Source: Candidatus Lloydbacteria bacterium RIFCSPHIGHO2_02_FULL_50_18
GTDB lineage: Bacteria; Patescibacteriota; Minisyncoccia; Phycocordibacterales; UBA6899
Assembly (NCBI GenBank): GCA_001821395.1
Contig: MHLM01000004.1
Coordinates: 1 to 64,000 of the forward strand
Direction: 5' to 3'
Length of the DNA: 64,000 nt
Shown here one piece after another: positions 37,974-48,437 of the stretch. Numbering within the stretch: the stretch's first letter is position 1; every line of letters begins with the position of its first letter. Position numbers and translations under genes: made by a program. The notes under the pieces are model-generated. The model was not told the DNA's origin and did not search any database. It saw nothing but the letters and a program-made list of their open reading frames with translations.

Positions 37974-38533
37974 TCAATAGATATCTCACTCCCGTGTTTC
38001 TCATGATCCTTTCGGGGGCAGTATATGTCATCTGGGTTGATGCACCATACAAAGATATTGCAGCACAACAAGCAAAGGCGGAGGTGTTGCGAGGCTACAT
38101 CGCTGATGCCGATAATGCACAGGAAGAATTACAAAAGATTGCGGCGCAGTATGATGCATTCCCCCCAGATGGTGATCGTCGTCTTCAGGTATTACTCCCC
38201 AAGGAGATCGATACCGTCCGTCTCATCATCGATGTGAATGAGATCGCCGCGCGTCATGGCATGGGCGTTAATGATCCGATGGTCGGGAAAGCGGCGACCG
38301 ATGAGTCGCGACCGCAAGCATACGTTCCGTACTCATTGAGTTTCAAAACGACCGCTACCTACGATGTATTTCGCGATTTTCTTGCTGACCTCGAACGATC
38401 GCTCGCGTTGCGTGATATTGTAACGGTGGAATTCTCTTCAGTCGCTTCTATCGCGGCTAGTAGCGGGTCGCAGCCTCCTGATGTCGCTATATTTAATTTC
38501 AGCATACATATCGTCAGTTACGGACTTCACTAA
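37970..38533 (+). CDS. PilO-like pilus assembly protein
   Basis: Single N-terminal TM, coiled coil, gene order; 4-nt overlap with upstream gene. Confidence 0.5.
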   Translation: MINRYLTPVFLMILSGAVYVIWVDAPYKDIAAQQAKAEVLRGYIADADNAQEELQKIAAQYDAFPPDGDRRLQVLLPKEIDTVRLIIDVNEIAARHGMGVNDPMVGKAATDESRPQAYVPYSLSFKTTATYDVFRDFLADLERSLALRDIVTVEFSSVASIAASSGSQPPDVAIFNFSIHIVSYGLH

Positions 38534-38534
38534 C

Positions 38535-38972
38535 ATGCATATGACCAAACAAGTTTTACTCGATATCCTTATCGTTCTCGTAGCCCCGATCATCCTCGTG
38601 GTGGGTTATTTGTATGTTGGAGCAGATAAAATGTCTTCTCTCTTTCTTGTGGCGCCACTTGATGTTGCTGCACTCCCCGGCGGAAACGGTGAAGAGATGG
38701 GGGCGAAAAGTACGGCTGCATTGAACGAACTTAGGTCAATTCATTTTGATGAAGCTCTTTTTTCTGACCCTACCTTCCAGTCGCTTATCGATTTCACCGG
38801 GTCTATCAGTACGACTACTGCTGGACGTCGCTATCCATTCTCGACACCCGATGAAGTAAAAATACTCTTGAAAAGGTCAGTCCAATCGGAGCCTGCCTCA
38901 TCGCAGAAGAATGGTGGTGCGGTAGTAAGTTCTACCGTTAAGATCGATACGGTCAAAAAGATCGCAAATTAG
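38535..38972 (+). CDS. membrane-anchored hypothetical protein (PilP-position)
   Basis: Start trimmed to ATG 38535 just after upstream stop. Confidence 0.4.
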   Translation: MHMTKQVLLDILIVLVAPIILVVGYLYVGADKMSSLFLVAPLDVAALPGGNGEEMGAKSTAALNELRSIHFDEALFSDPTFQSLIDFTGSISTTTAGRRYPFSTPDEVKILLKRSVQSEPASSQKNGGAVVSSTVKIDTVKKIAN

Positions 38973-39247
38973 ATCGCGTTCGTTAAGGATGATGTGCGAA
39001 AAGGATGTAGTGTACGGCCTCATACTTATTCAGAACAACTGACACCGCATAACCCTTGTTTCACTTGGGGTGTTTTTTTGTTATCATAAAGCTATAGAAG
39101 ATCCGAGGTCCTTGGGCGGAAATCGTATCAGCGTTCCACGTTATCACCCACTCATATGAAGTACATGGCGGTCAAAGTATATTTACATAATCATAAGAAT
39201 GACCTTGATCTCTTACCGGGAGATAGTCATTTTTTGCCAACAACAAG

Positions 39248-40993
39248 ATGAGCTTTCCTCTATTTTTGGCACAAAAAGGATTGTTCCGCGAAGATGATAT
39301 TCCTGAATTGACGAAGGAGGCTGAAAAAGCGCTCGGAGGCATCGACGAGGTGCTTTCTCGCGGTGGTATGAGCGGAGATGATATTCTTACGCTCAAAAGT
39401 GAGTATTATGGAATGCCCGCTCGAACACTTGATGGCACCAAGATTCCCGTTGATGTGCTGAAGTATATTCCTGAAGATTCCGCACGACATTATCAGGTCG
39501 CCCCACTTTCGGTGGAAAATCAGATCCTCGAGATAGGTATCGTCGACCCTGATATGACGCAGGCGCGTGATGCCGTGCAATTCATCGCTGCGAAGCTCGG
39601 AATGCCTTTTAAATTCTTCCTCATTACGCAGACCGACTTCAATCAGATCCTTGTACAGTATCAAAATCTTTCGGGTGAGGTGGGAAAAGCGCTTTCCGAG
39701 CTGGGCACCGGAGAACATAAGGAGCTTACCGAGGCCTCGGCACAGGGTGATGTTTCAACGATCGACGAACATGCACGCGTTGATGTAAAAGGGGAGGAAT
39801 CAAGGATCGTTGAAGATGCACCGGTCACCAAAATCGTTGCCGTGATATTGAAACACGCCGTTGAGGGTAATGCGTCAGATGTGCATATCGAACATACGGG
39901 GGAGAAGGTCCGTGTGCGTTTTCGTGTCGATGGCGTCATGTATACCTCGCTTATTTTGCCCGTGAATGTCCATAGTGCCGTCGTTGCGCGCATCAAAATA
40001 TTGGCCCAGCTGAAATTGGACGAAAAGCGAAAGCCTCAGGATGGGCGCTTCTCTGCGCGGATGGATGACAAGAAAGTTGATTTCCGTGTCTCTACATTCC
40101 CAGCGTATTATGGCGAAAAGGTCGTGATGCGTATTCTGGATACCGGAAAGGGTGTAAAATCGCTCGATCAGATGGGTCTTTCCGCGGAGCATTTAAAGCT
40201 CTTGCGCGATGCGATCAGTACCCCGTACGGTCTTATTTTGGTGACGGGTCCGACCGGATCGGGAAAATCAACAACGCTGTATTCCATGCTGAACGAGCTT
40301 GATCGCGAAAAACGCAATGTGATCAGTCTTGAGGATCCGGTCGAGTACAATATCCCCGGAGTGAGCCAGTCACAAGTACGTCCCGAGATAGGGTATACCT
40401 TTGCGAGCGGACTTCGCTCGATCCTTCGTCAGGACCCCGATATCATCATGGTGGGAGAGATCCGCGATAAAGAGACTGCTCAGCTTGCGATACAGGCGGC
40501 ACTCACCGGGCATCTTGTGTTTTCGACGCTACATACGAACAACGCGGCAGGCGTCATTCCTCGTCTTATCGACATGGAAGTCGACCCATACCTCATCGCA
40601 CCAACCCTCATCATGGCGCTAGGTCAGCGACTGTTGCGTACGATGTGTCCCGAGTCGAAAAGCCCCGTACCGCTGACCGAAAGCATGAGATTGATGATCG
40701 AGAAGCAGCTTTCCGATCTCCCGAAGGAAGCACGCGACCTCATTACAATACCGGATCATGTATATGAAGCCGTCCCGTCTCCCTCGTGTCCGTCAGGAAC
40801 AAAGGGGCGCACGGCCGTATTTGAATTTTTGAAAATGGATCGAGATCTTGAGCATATTGTACTCACAAATCCTGTTGAGCAGGCGGTATATGAGGCGGCG
40901 CGGGCCAAGGGAATGCTTACTATGAAGGATGATGCCATTAAGAAGGCTTTTGAGGGCATAATTCCGTTCGAAGAGATCAACAACATCGTCTGA
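39248..40993 (+). CDS. pilB: type IV pilus assembly ATPase PilB (GspE family)
   Basis: N-terminal GSPII domain, Walker A GPTGSGKSTT, Asp box, Walker B and His box, tetracysteine CPESKSP...CPSG. Confidence 0.9.
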   Translation: MSFPLFLAQKGLFREDDIPELTKEAEKALGGIDEVLSRGGMSGDDILTLKSEYYGMPARTLDGTKIPVDVLKYIPEDSARHYQVAPLSVENQILEIGIVDPDMTQARDAVQFIAAKLGMPFKFFLITQTDFNQILVQYQNLSGEVGKALSELGTGEHKELTEASAQGDVSTIDEHARVDVKGEESRIVEDAPVTKIVAVILKHAVEGNASDVHIEHTGEKVRVRFRVDGVMYTSLILPVNVHSAVVARIKILAQLKLDEKRKPQDGRFSARMDDKKVDFRVSTFPAYYGEKVVMRILDTGKGVKSLDQMGLSAEHLKLLRDAISTPYGLILVTGPTGSGKSTTLYSMLNELDREKRNVISLEDPVEYNIPGVSQSQVRPEIGYTFASGLRSILRQDPDIIMVGEIRDKETAQLAIQAALTGHLVFSTLHTNNAAGVIPRLIDMEVDPYLIAPTLIMALGQRLLRTMCPESKSPVPLTESMRLMIEKQLSDLPKEARDLITIPDHVYEAVPSPSCPSGTKGRTAVFEFLKMDRDLEHIVLTNPVEQAVYEAARAKGMLTMKDDAIKKAFEGIIPFEEINNIV

Positions 40994-41271
40994 ACTTTGT
41001 TTTTGGCGCATTGCTCGGCCTTCCCTTGGCAGGATTGGAAGCAGTATAACCCATACAGCTTCTCAATCACTGCCGCAGTCCAGACCTTCGCACTGCATCC
41101 AAAAACAAAGTTCAGATATTGCTCGGATATGAGCTTTTCCCGCACCTTATGATGCACCCACTTGCAGAGACGGGTCGAAAATCGCGCTACGCGCGGTCTC
41201 AGGACGGGTTGATTATTCCCTATGGTTATGAGTTGTATGAAAAGAGAGAAGTCATGATATTATAAACGCAT

Positions 41272-41673
41272 ATGCCAAAAGAAAAAAAAGAACCCACGAT
41301 CCTTATTATCGACGATGATTCATTTCTTCTCGATATGTATGCCTTAAAGTTTTCCCAGAAGAATTTTCATGTGACGACGGCATCCGGTACGCTCGAAGCT
41401 CTTGAAAAACTGCGCGGCGGATTTGTTCCGGAGATCATGGTTGTCGATCTCGTAATGCCGGCAATGGACGGGTTTGAATTCCTCGAAGTCGTGCGGGGAG
41501 AAAAGCTCGTGAAGGACTCATTGGTGATCATCCTCTCCAATCTTGGCGAACAGGAGGATATCGACCGCGGACTCGGACTTGGTGCGGCCGGGTACATCAT
41601 AAAGGCATCCGCTACGCCATCTGAGGTGGTGGAAAAAGTATCGGAAGTGCTCGGAAAGAGAGATAAAAAATAA
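41272..41673 (+). CDS. single-domain CheY-like response regulator
   Basis: ILIIDDD, VVDLVMP phospho-acceptor Asp, K in YIIKAS. Confidence 0.8.
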   Translation: MPKEKKEPTILIIDDDSFLLDMYALKFSQKNFHVTTASGTLEALEKLRGGFVPEIMVVDLVMPAMDGFEFLEVVRGEKLVKDSLVIILSNLGEQEDIDRGLGLGAAGYIIKASATPSEVVEKVSEVLGKRDKK

Positions 41674-41687
41674 GACAAACCTATCAT

Positions 41688-42758
41688 ATGACCCAAGCTG
41701 AGTATAAAAAAGAACTAGAGGATCTCGTGCTGACGGTTATCCATGAAGGCGCTTCCGACCTGCATCTCGTTGTGGGTCGCCACCCGACGATCCGTGTTTC
41801 CGGAGAATTGATCCCGCTGGTCAAAAAACCACTACTCACACCCGAAGTGACGGAGGGATTGATAAGGGAATTGCTTACCGAAGAGATCTTCGTCAAATTC
41901 AAGCAGGATAAGGAGGTAGACTTTTCATTCTCTTTCGGTAAGGAGGCGCGTTTCCGCGGAAACGGTTTTTTTCAAAAAGGTACGATCGCAGTGGCACTCC
42001 GTCTCATTCCGAAGAAGATCAAAACTCTTCAGGAGCTTGCTTTGCCTCCGGTCTTGGAAATGTTCACCAAGCGAAAGCAAGGATTCTTTTTGGTCGTCGG
42101 TCCGGTTGGGCAGGGAAAATCGACCACACTTGCCGCAATGATCGAAATGATCAATCGCGAGCGTGCAGAGAACATCATCACCATCGAGGATCCGATCGAG
42201 TACGTGTTCACACCTGATCGTTCGATCATCAGTCAGCGTGAAGTGCATTTTGACACGAAGGATTTTCAGATCGCGTTGCATGCATGTTTTCGAGAGGACA
42301 TCGACATCATCTTGATCGGTGAAATGCGAGGACTTGAAACGATCTCGACGGCAGTGACCGCTGCTGAGACGGGGCATATGGTATTTTCGACGCTCCATAC
42401 CAACAATGCGTCACAAACGATCGACCGCATTATCGACTCATTTCCTCCTGAGCAGCAAGACCAGATCCGTGTCCAGCTTGCTGGTTCGCTCGCGGGAATA
42501 TTCTCACAACGTCTCGTTCCACGCATCTCCGGCGGTCTCGTTCCGGCATATGAACTCTTGATCAACAACAATGCAGTGGCCAACTTGATCCGTGAGCGTC
42601 GTACGCACGAGATACCGATGGTCATCGAGACGGGAATGGAGCTCGGCATGATCGATATGAACCGATCACTCGCGGAGCTCGTACGCGCAGGGGAGATCAC
42701 GGCGGAGAATGCGTATTTGCACTCCTTCAATCCGCGGTCACTCGAGCGAATGATCTAA
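41688..42758 (+). CDS. pilT: twitching motility ATPase PilT
   Basis: Walker A GPVGQGKSTT, TIEDPIEY, GEMRG, His box HMVFSTLHT. Confidence 0.9.
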   Translation: MTQAEYKKELEDLVLTVIHEGASDLHLVVGRHPTIRVSGELIPLVKKPLLTPEVTEGLIRELLTEEIFVKFKQDKEVDFSFSFGKEARFRGNGFFQKGTIAVALRLIPKKIKTLQELALPPVLEMFTKRKQGFFLVVGPVGQGKSTTLAAMIEMINRERAENIITIEDPIEYVFTPDRSIISQREVHFDTKDFQIALHACFREDIDIILIGEMRGLETISTAVTAAETGHMVFSTLHTNNASQTIDRIIDSFPPEQQDQIRVQLAGSLAGIFSQRLVPRISGGLVPAYELLINNNAVANLIRERRTHEIPMVIETGMELGMIDMNRSLAELVRAGEITAENAYLHSFNPRSLERMI

Positions 42759-42769
42759 CCATGACTTTC

Positions 42770-43080
42770 ATTTTTCGCGCCTCACTTTGTTACGGGGCCC
42801 CAGCGACTCGGTCAACATATATGAATATGTCTTCCTTGTCGCTTTCCCCGCGCCTCGTGACGCATCGAAAAATGAAAGTCATGAAGGGTGTCGTTGTTCG
42901 ACGCCTCGCCCTGTATCAAAAAATAGGCCTCAGGTCTTATGTCGTGGGTCCGACAAACGTACTTTGAGTACGTCTGCTCGGACACCACTTCCTTGACGCC
43001 TCGTATTGCATCAGAAACCACGTCGAATTTGCATCTAATGCTCAACGCCTCGTGACGTATCGAAAAATGGAAGTGCTCTT
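42770..43080. repeat. intergenic repeat cluster: two 30-nt direct repeats CGCCTCGTGACG(C/T)ATCGAAAAATG(A/G)AAGT and related GACGCCTCGT-core variants
   Basis: 30-mers at 42851-42880 and 43046-43075; related cores at ~42900 and ~42995. Confidence 0.55.
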
Positions 43081-43238
43081 GTGGCGCCTTGAGTACTGAA
43101 TTTTAGCAGTACGCTTATGGTATATCAAAAAATATTACTTCATATCGTTGATTGCTCGAATGTACTCCGAATATGTCTATCGGATATCGCCGCGTAAGGA
43201 GCCACCCTTCTTTGGTGGTTCGTTTTTATAAAGATGCT

Positions 43239-43244
43239 GTATAA
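43239..43244 (+). promoter_or_regulatory. candidate -10 box (cTGTATAAT) for pilC
   Basis: TATAAT 33 nt upstream of the pilC ATG; no good -35. Confidence 0.3.
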
Positions 43245-43276
43245 TATACTGGTCAGCTAAGTGACATCAACCACAT

Positions 43277-44488
43277 ATGCTTTATCGTTACAAATCCATT
43301 GATCAGTTAAGTGGAGAGGAGAAGTCCGGCACCATCGATGCGGCCTCAGTGGATATCGCGATAGGCTCGCTTCAGCGTCGAAAGTTGATCATCGTCTCTA
43401 TCGTCCCCGCAGACAACGTTCCGTTTTATGAAAAGATGATGTCGATCGGGCAAAAGGTCGCATATCGCGATGTCGTTATTTTGTCGCGCCAGATAGCGAC
43501 ACTCTTCAATGCGCAGGTCTCTGCGCTCCGTGTTTTTCAGCTACTCTCCCTTGAGGCGGAAAATGATATTCTCAAAGTACGCCTGAATGAGGTGACCGAA
43601 GATATTCAGGGCGGAATGTCTCTTTCCGATGCGCTCCATCGACATTCCGATATTTTCTCTGATTTTTATGTAAACATGGTGCGTGCGGGTGAGGAGTCAG
43701 GTAATCTTTCCAATACATTCAACTACCTCGCCGATTATCTTGATCGTTCGTTTGAACTTGTGTCAAAAACAAAGAATGCCCTGATCTACCCCGCTTTTGT
43801 TGTGGTGGTATTCATTATCGTGATGATCTTGATGCTGGTGATCGTCATACCAAAACTGTCAGCGATCATTACGGAGACCGGTAAAGAGCTTCCTTTTTAT
43901 ACAAAGGTCACGATCGGCGCCTCGAACTTTCTTATCCACTATGGCTTGTTCCTGCTCGTTATCGTGGTTATCGGAGTCTTTGCGCTCCTTCGTTTTATGA
44001 GCACTGATAAGGGAAAGGAAGCACTTTCTCAATTTTCCCTTACTCTTCCCTATATTGGCGATTTATACAAGAAGCTCTATCTCGCGCGTATCGCCGACAA
44101 CTTGAACACGATGCTTACATCGGGTATCGCCGTGGTGCGCGCGGTCGAGATAGCGGCTTCTGTCGTGGGGAATAAGGTCTATGAATCCATCCTGCTCGAG
44201 GTCTCGTCCGATGTGCGAACAGGTGTGTCGCTGTCACAGGCGATGAGTAAGCACCCAAAGGAGATTCCGGGGATCATGGTGCAGATGATCAAGGTGGGTG
44301 AGGAAACGGGAGAGGTGGGAAATATTCTTGAAACACTTTCAAAATTCTATAAACGAGAGGTTGATAACGCGGTTGAAACACTGATATCACTCATCGAGCC
44401 TGCAATGATCATCATGCTTGGACTTGGTGTGGGAGGGCTTCTGGTTTCGGTGCTGATGCCTATTTACGACATCGCCGGCTCCTTCTAG
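43277..44488 (+). CDS. pilC: type IV pilus platform protein PilC (GspF family)
   Basis: Two GspF repeats, three TM segments. Confidence 0.9.
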   Translation: MLYRYKSIDQLSGEEKSGTIDAASVDIAIGSLQRRKLIIVSIVPADNVPFYEKMMSIGQKVAYRDVVILSRQIATLFNAQVSALRVFQLLSLEAENDILKVRLNEVTEDIQGGMSLSDALHRHSDIFSDFYVNMVRAGEESGNLSNTFNYLADYLDRSFELVSKTKNALIYPAFVVVVFIIVMILMLVIVIPKLSAIITETGKELPFYTKVTIGASNFLIHYGLFLLVIVVIGVFALLRFMSTDKGKEALSQFSLTLPYIGDLYKKLYLARIADNLNTMLTSGIAVVRAVEIAASVVGNKVYESILLEVSSDVRTGVSLSQAMSKHPKEIPGIMVQMIKVGEETGEVGNILETLSKFYKREVDNAVETLISLIEPAMIIMLGLGVGGLLVSVLMPIYDIAGSF

Positions 44489-44519
44489 TCAAGAGTTCGC
44501 TAAGGTCGCGTCTACGTCG

Positions 44520-44700
44520 TTATCTGCGGAACGAACCCCGCTCGTCGTACTCCGAGTACGCCTCGGGAGGTGTCGTTCCTTGATGCCTCGTATCCACGAT
44601 CTTATCGGACTTTTGGGTGCGGCCTGCTCGCGGACCCTGTCACTTGGTCAACATATTTGCGTCAGCATCTTCCTTTTTTCCATTTTGGAACGACTTCCGT
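44520..44700. repeat. second copy of the pil-locus intergenic repeat family (GAGTACGCCTCGG ... TTCCTTGATGCCTCGTATCC ... GGTCAACATATTTG)
   Basis: Matches blocks in 42775-43010. Confidence 0.5.
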
Positions 44701-44766
44701 TGTTCTTTTTCTTAGGTTTGGTTAAAAAGACTCATATCGCATATAATACCTTCATCTATAAAGCGT

Positions 44767-45630
44767 ATGAATGCTATTGAAATTAAAAAATTATCAAAAG
44801 AGTATTATACGGTGGTTGGCACCGTGGCTGCGGTGCATGAGCTTTCGCTTACCGTTCCGAGCGGAAGCGTCTTCGGATTTCTCGGTCCGAATGGGGCCGG
44901 TAAGACGACGGCGATGAAAATGTTCGTCGGACTCACGGAGCCATCGTCGGGAGAGATCACTATCGCCGGGGGAAGCCCGAAAGACATTCTTACGAGGAAG
45001 CGCATCGGTTTTATGCCGGAGTCGCCCTCATTCTACGCGTATCTTTCGGGAAGAGAGTTTCTCGAACTGGTCGCTGCGATCTTTGGAACGGCAAATGCGA
45101 CCTCGCGTATCAATGAAGTGCTGAAAGAGGTCGACTTGGTCGGGAGGGAAGGGCGACAGATCCGCACGTACTCAAAGGGGATGCTGCAGCGGCTGGGCCT
45201 TGCACAGGCCATCCTTAATGATCCGGATATTCTCTTCCTTGATGAACCGCTTGACGGACTTGATCCGCTGGGGCGCGCGGAGATCAAGCAGGTCATCATT
45301 GCGCTCAAGGAGCGAGGGAAGACCGTTTTTCTCAATTCACACATCCTCGCCGATGTCGCAGAGATCTGTGATCAGGTCGGGATCATCGACAAGGGGTGTC
45401 TCATCGCTTGTGAGAGTCCTGAGATACTGTCAAAGGGCTATCGTGATCTTGAGGATGCATTTGTGCATATTATAAAGAACAAACGAGATATTTCAGGTGT
45501 CGGACATAAGCAAATGCAAATGGATGAAATTCGAGACGTGGGGGATGAGACGAGGAAGACGTATTCTGATACGTTGACTGAGTCTCGGGGGCCCCACAAC
45601 GAAGAAGTTCGCCATTTACATAAGTCCTAA
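44767..45630 (+). CDS. ABC transporter ATP-binding protein (ABC-2 exporter type)
   Basis: Walker A GPNGAGKTT, signature YSKGMLQRL, Walker B LFLDEPLDGLDP. Confidence 0.85.
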   Translation: MNAIEIKKLSKEYYTVVGTVAAVHELSLTVPSGSVFGFLGPNGAGKTTAMKMFVGLTEPSSGEITIAGGSPKDILTRKRIGFMPESPSFYAYLSGREFLELVAAIFGTANATSRINEVLKEVDLVGREGRQIRTYSKGMLQRLGLAQAILNDPDILFLDEPLDGLDPLGRAEIKQVIIALKERGKTVFLNSHILADVAEICDQVGIIDKGCLIACESPEILSKGYRDLEDAFVHIIKNKRDISGVGHKQMQMDEIRDVGDETRKTYSDTLTESRGPHNEEVRHLHKS

Positions 45631-45635
45631 TTATT

Positions 45636-46406
45636 ATGATGAACAGGATCCTCGCCATTGCTCGTAATACCTTTCGCGAAACGCTGCGTGACCGCATCTT
45701 GTGGTCGGCGCTCGTCGTCATGCTCGCGCTCATCGCATTTTCGCTTTTTGTCGGTTCGGTTTCATTGGGACAAGACCAGCGCATGATCATTGATTTTGGC
45801 TTGACCGCGATCTATCTGCTGCAGATCTTCGTTGCTATCTTCATCGGCTCGATGCTCATGTACCGCGAGGTTGACCGTAAGACATTCTTTCTGATCATTC
45901 CGAAGCCGATCCATCGGGAAGAGATCATTCTGGGAAAATGCCTTGGTCTCACCGCTACCACTATCGCGGTAACGGCCCTTTCGACCCTCGCACTTTTTTG
46001 TATCCTGTTCATAAGGGGGATTCATGGCGCATACCTTGCGATCCTCCTCTCGGTCCTCCTCTCGGTGTTCGAATCGGTCATTCTGATACTTCTTTCGATC
46101 TTGCTGTCGGGGCTAACCTCCCCGATCCTTGCCGCCATCTATACTATTGCCTTCTTTTTGATCGGTCATTCAAGCGACATCCTACGGACACTGATCGCTG
46201 CGCAAGAGTCGGCGGTGTCAGGTTTTTTCTTGAGTACGGCGTATTACGTCATGCCGAATCTCGAGAAATTCAACATTCGTAATGAGGTGGTGTATGGCGT
46301 GCTTCCCGATACGCGCGGTATTGCCGTTTCGGTTCTCTATGCGTTTTGCTATTCCGTCTTTCTTTTCCTTCTTGCGCGTGCCATGTTTAATAAAAAAGAG
46401 TTTTAA
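45636..46406 (+). CDS. ABC-2 family transporter permease (6 TM)
   Basis: Hydropathy and gene order. Confidence 0.7.
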   Translation: MMNRILAIARNTFRETLRDRILWSALVVMLALIAFSLFVGSVSLGQDQRMIIDFGLTAIYLLQIFVAIFIGSMLMYREVDRKTFFLIIPKPIHREEIILGKCLGLTATTIAVTALSTLALFCILFIRGIHGAYLAILLSVLLSVFESVILILLSILLSGLTSPILAAIYTIAFFLIGHSSDILRTLIAAQESAVSGFFLSTAYYVMPNLEKFNIRNEVVYGVLPDTRGIAVSVLYAFCYSVFLFLLARAMFNKKEF

Positions 46407-46472
46407 TTTCTTGCGACAAAGAGGTGATCCCTTAGCTTTGGAAGGTGTCACCTCAGAAATACCACCACTCTA

Positions 46473-47309
46473 ATGATCTTACATCCCCGCACATTCAACA
46501 TCGTCATGGTACTCGCCCCCCTCTTGTTTCTAGGCGCGTCCATCGGGGCGCAGCTTCGGTATGACGCGGTGCTGATGGAGCATTTTAACCTCCGGGAGCC
46601 GATGCATCGTTTCATCATGCCCGCTCCGGTCGTTCGCTATTTTGCTTTTGGATTTGAGAATATCCTCGCCGATTATTATTGGGTTTCCGCCATTCAGGAT
46701 CTCAACAAATGGGATAGACGTGATACATATTATCCGGAATATTTTCGTATCATTGCGACGCTCGACCCAAAATTTGAATACCCGTATACTTTTGCCGCAT
46801 TGACCATTCCGTCAAAAAAAAATCCCGAGTCGCTTACTTGGCTTGCTGATATTAGTGAGCGGGGGATGGTGGCACTCCCGTCAAGTTGGCAGATACCGTT
46901 CTACACCGGCTTAGAGTTTCACACCGTCGGGAGATTATACGAGCGAGCTGCGTATTATCTTGGTATCGCTTCTGCTATAGAATCAAGTCCGGAAGCGGCA
47001 CGTACCGCATATGGACTTTTTCTGCTTCATTCATCGACTGACTACGAGCGGTCACGCGCACTGTTCACTGCGATCTATGAAACTACCGATAGTCAGGAGA
47101 CCAAAAAGATAGCGCAAGAACGTATCATATTGCTCGATTTTATCGAAGCTGTTGATAGGGCATCGGAACTATATAAAGATCGCCATTTGATATATCCCGA
47201 ATCCCTTGAAGTGCTGGCAAGCGATGGGTTGATCCAAGTCCCTCCTGACCTCATCAAGCGATTTCCCATTGAGATAGACCTTCAAACTGGAAAAGCCTCT
47301 TTGTTGTAG
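46473..47309 (+). CDS. hypothetical protein with N-terminal TM/signal segment
   Basis: Complete ORF, no family recognised. Confidence 0.45.
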   Translation: MILHPRTFNIVMVLAPLLFLGASIGAQLRYDAVLMEHFNLREPMHRFIMPAPVVRYFAFGFENILADYYWVSAIQDLNKWDRRDTYYPEYFRIIATLDPKFEYPYTFAALTIPSKKNPESLTWLADISERGMVALPSSWQIPFYTGLEFHTVGRLYERAAYYLGIASAIESSPEAARTAYGLFLLHSSTDYERSRALFTAIYETTDSQETKKIAQERIILLDFIEAVDRASELYKDRHLIYPESLEVLASDGLIQVPPDLIKRFPIEIDLQTGKASLL

Positions 47310-47509
47310 CCATTTCTGTGAACGGAGCAGCCGTTGCGGCCTGAGTCCCCACCCTCCTCCCTCGTGTGCAAGTACGACATAAAATACTCATGGTTATCCA
47401 CACCTCTTACATGCGGGAAATGTCCCGCGTGGTACCATTAATACATTGCCTGCTTCGGCTAATGAGGCAGATATATCTTGGTAATTATTAATTATTATTT
47501 AAATTTTTT

Positions 47510-48049
47510 ATGATGTTTATTTCATTGAAAAATCGTACGAAGGGTTTCACCCTGATCGAGCTCCTCGTTGTGATCGCGATCATCGGTATTCTGTCGTCCG
47601 TCGTGCTTGCATCGCTCTCGACTGCGCGGGCAAAGTCACGTGACGCAAAGCGCATCTCGGACCTTGGTCAGGTACAGCTTGCACTCGAGCTTTACTTCGA
47701 TTCAGCTCAAAGTTATCCGATCAGTGCGGCGGCTGCTCCGTACGTGATTCCCGCAGCTCTTGCGCCAACGTATATTCCGCTAGTTCCCGTTACTCCTGGA
47801 GGCGCGACTGCATACCAGTACCTCGGATTAGGGACTCCCGCAGCGAACATATATCCTAATTGTACCGTTGTTACGTGCAATTCGTATGGACTTTTTGCCG
47901 AGCTTGAGCGCAACGATAATACCATCGTTACGACGGACACTGACACTATCACTTCCGGCGTTGTTATCAGAGGTGATTCAGTCGCCTGTTTGGTGGCTGC
48001 TGCAGCAGCCGGTGCGGGACTTGAGCGTTGTTACGATATTAGGCCGTAA
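47510..48049 (+). CDS. pilA: type IV major pilin (prepilin-type N-terminal cleavage/methylation domain)
   Basis: Leader MMFISLKNRTKG then FTLIELLVVIAIIGILSSVVLASL. Confidence 0.85.
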   Translation: MMFISLKNRTKGFTLIELLVVIAIIGILSSVVLASLSTARAKSRDAKRISDLGQVQLALELYFDSAQSYPISAAAAPYVIPAALAPTYIPLVPVTPGGATAYQYLGLGTPAANIYPNCTVVTCNSYGLFAELERNDNTIVTTDTDTITSGVVIRGDSVACLVAAAAAGAGLERCYDIRP

Positions 48050-48085
48050 TACGGTTTTCATGGATCTCATTCGCGATTCGAAAAA

Positions 48086-48116
48086 CACCCCGAGCTCATG
48101 CTCGGGGTGTTTTTTG
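48086..48116 (+). terminator. rho-independent terminator after the pilin gene
   Basis: caccccgagc-tcat-gctcggggtg then TTTTTT. Confidence 0.7.
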
Positions 48117-48437
48117 TTTCCTTGAACCCCCCTCCAATGTCAAGGTTTAACCTTGACAAAAAATGATGAAAATATGGCTATAAATGGTAAATAAAAGCGT
48201 GTCAGTAGACTTTGCTTTCGTGTGCTTGCTTTGACTTCAGAGCTTTTGGGCCGACGTAGTATCTTACTGCCATTGTATTGAGGATAGCCTGCAAATATGA
48301 AGTTTTTTGGGGACATCACTGTTGAGCGCCGATGAACGAAATTTGAACAAGGGTGAGAGATCCATTAGCACTGCGCCGTTCGTGCCCTGCATAACTGTCG
48401 CAGTGATCTGCGGTACTCATGGTATAATTGTTGCTAT

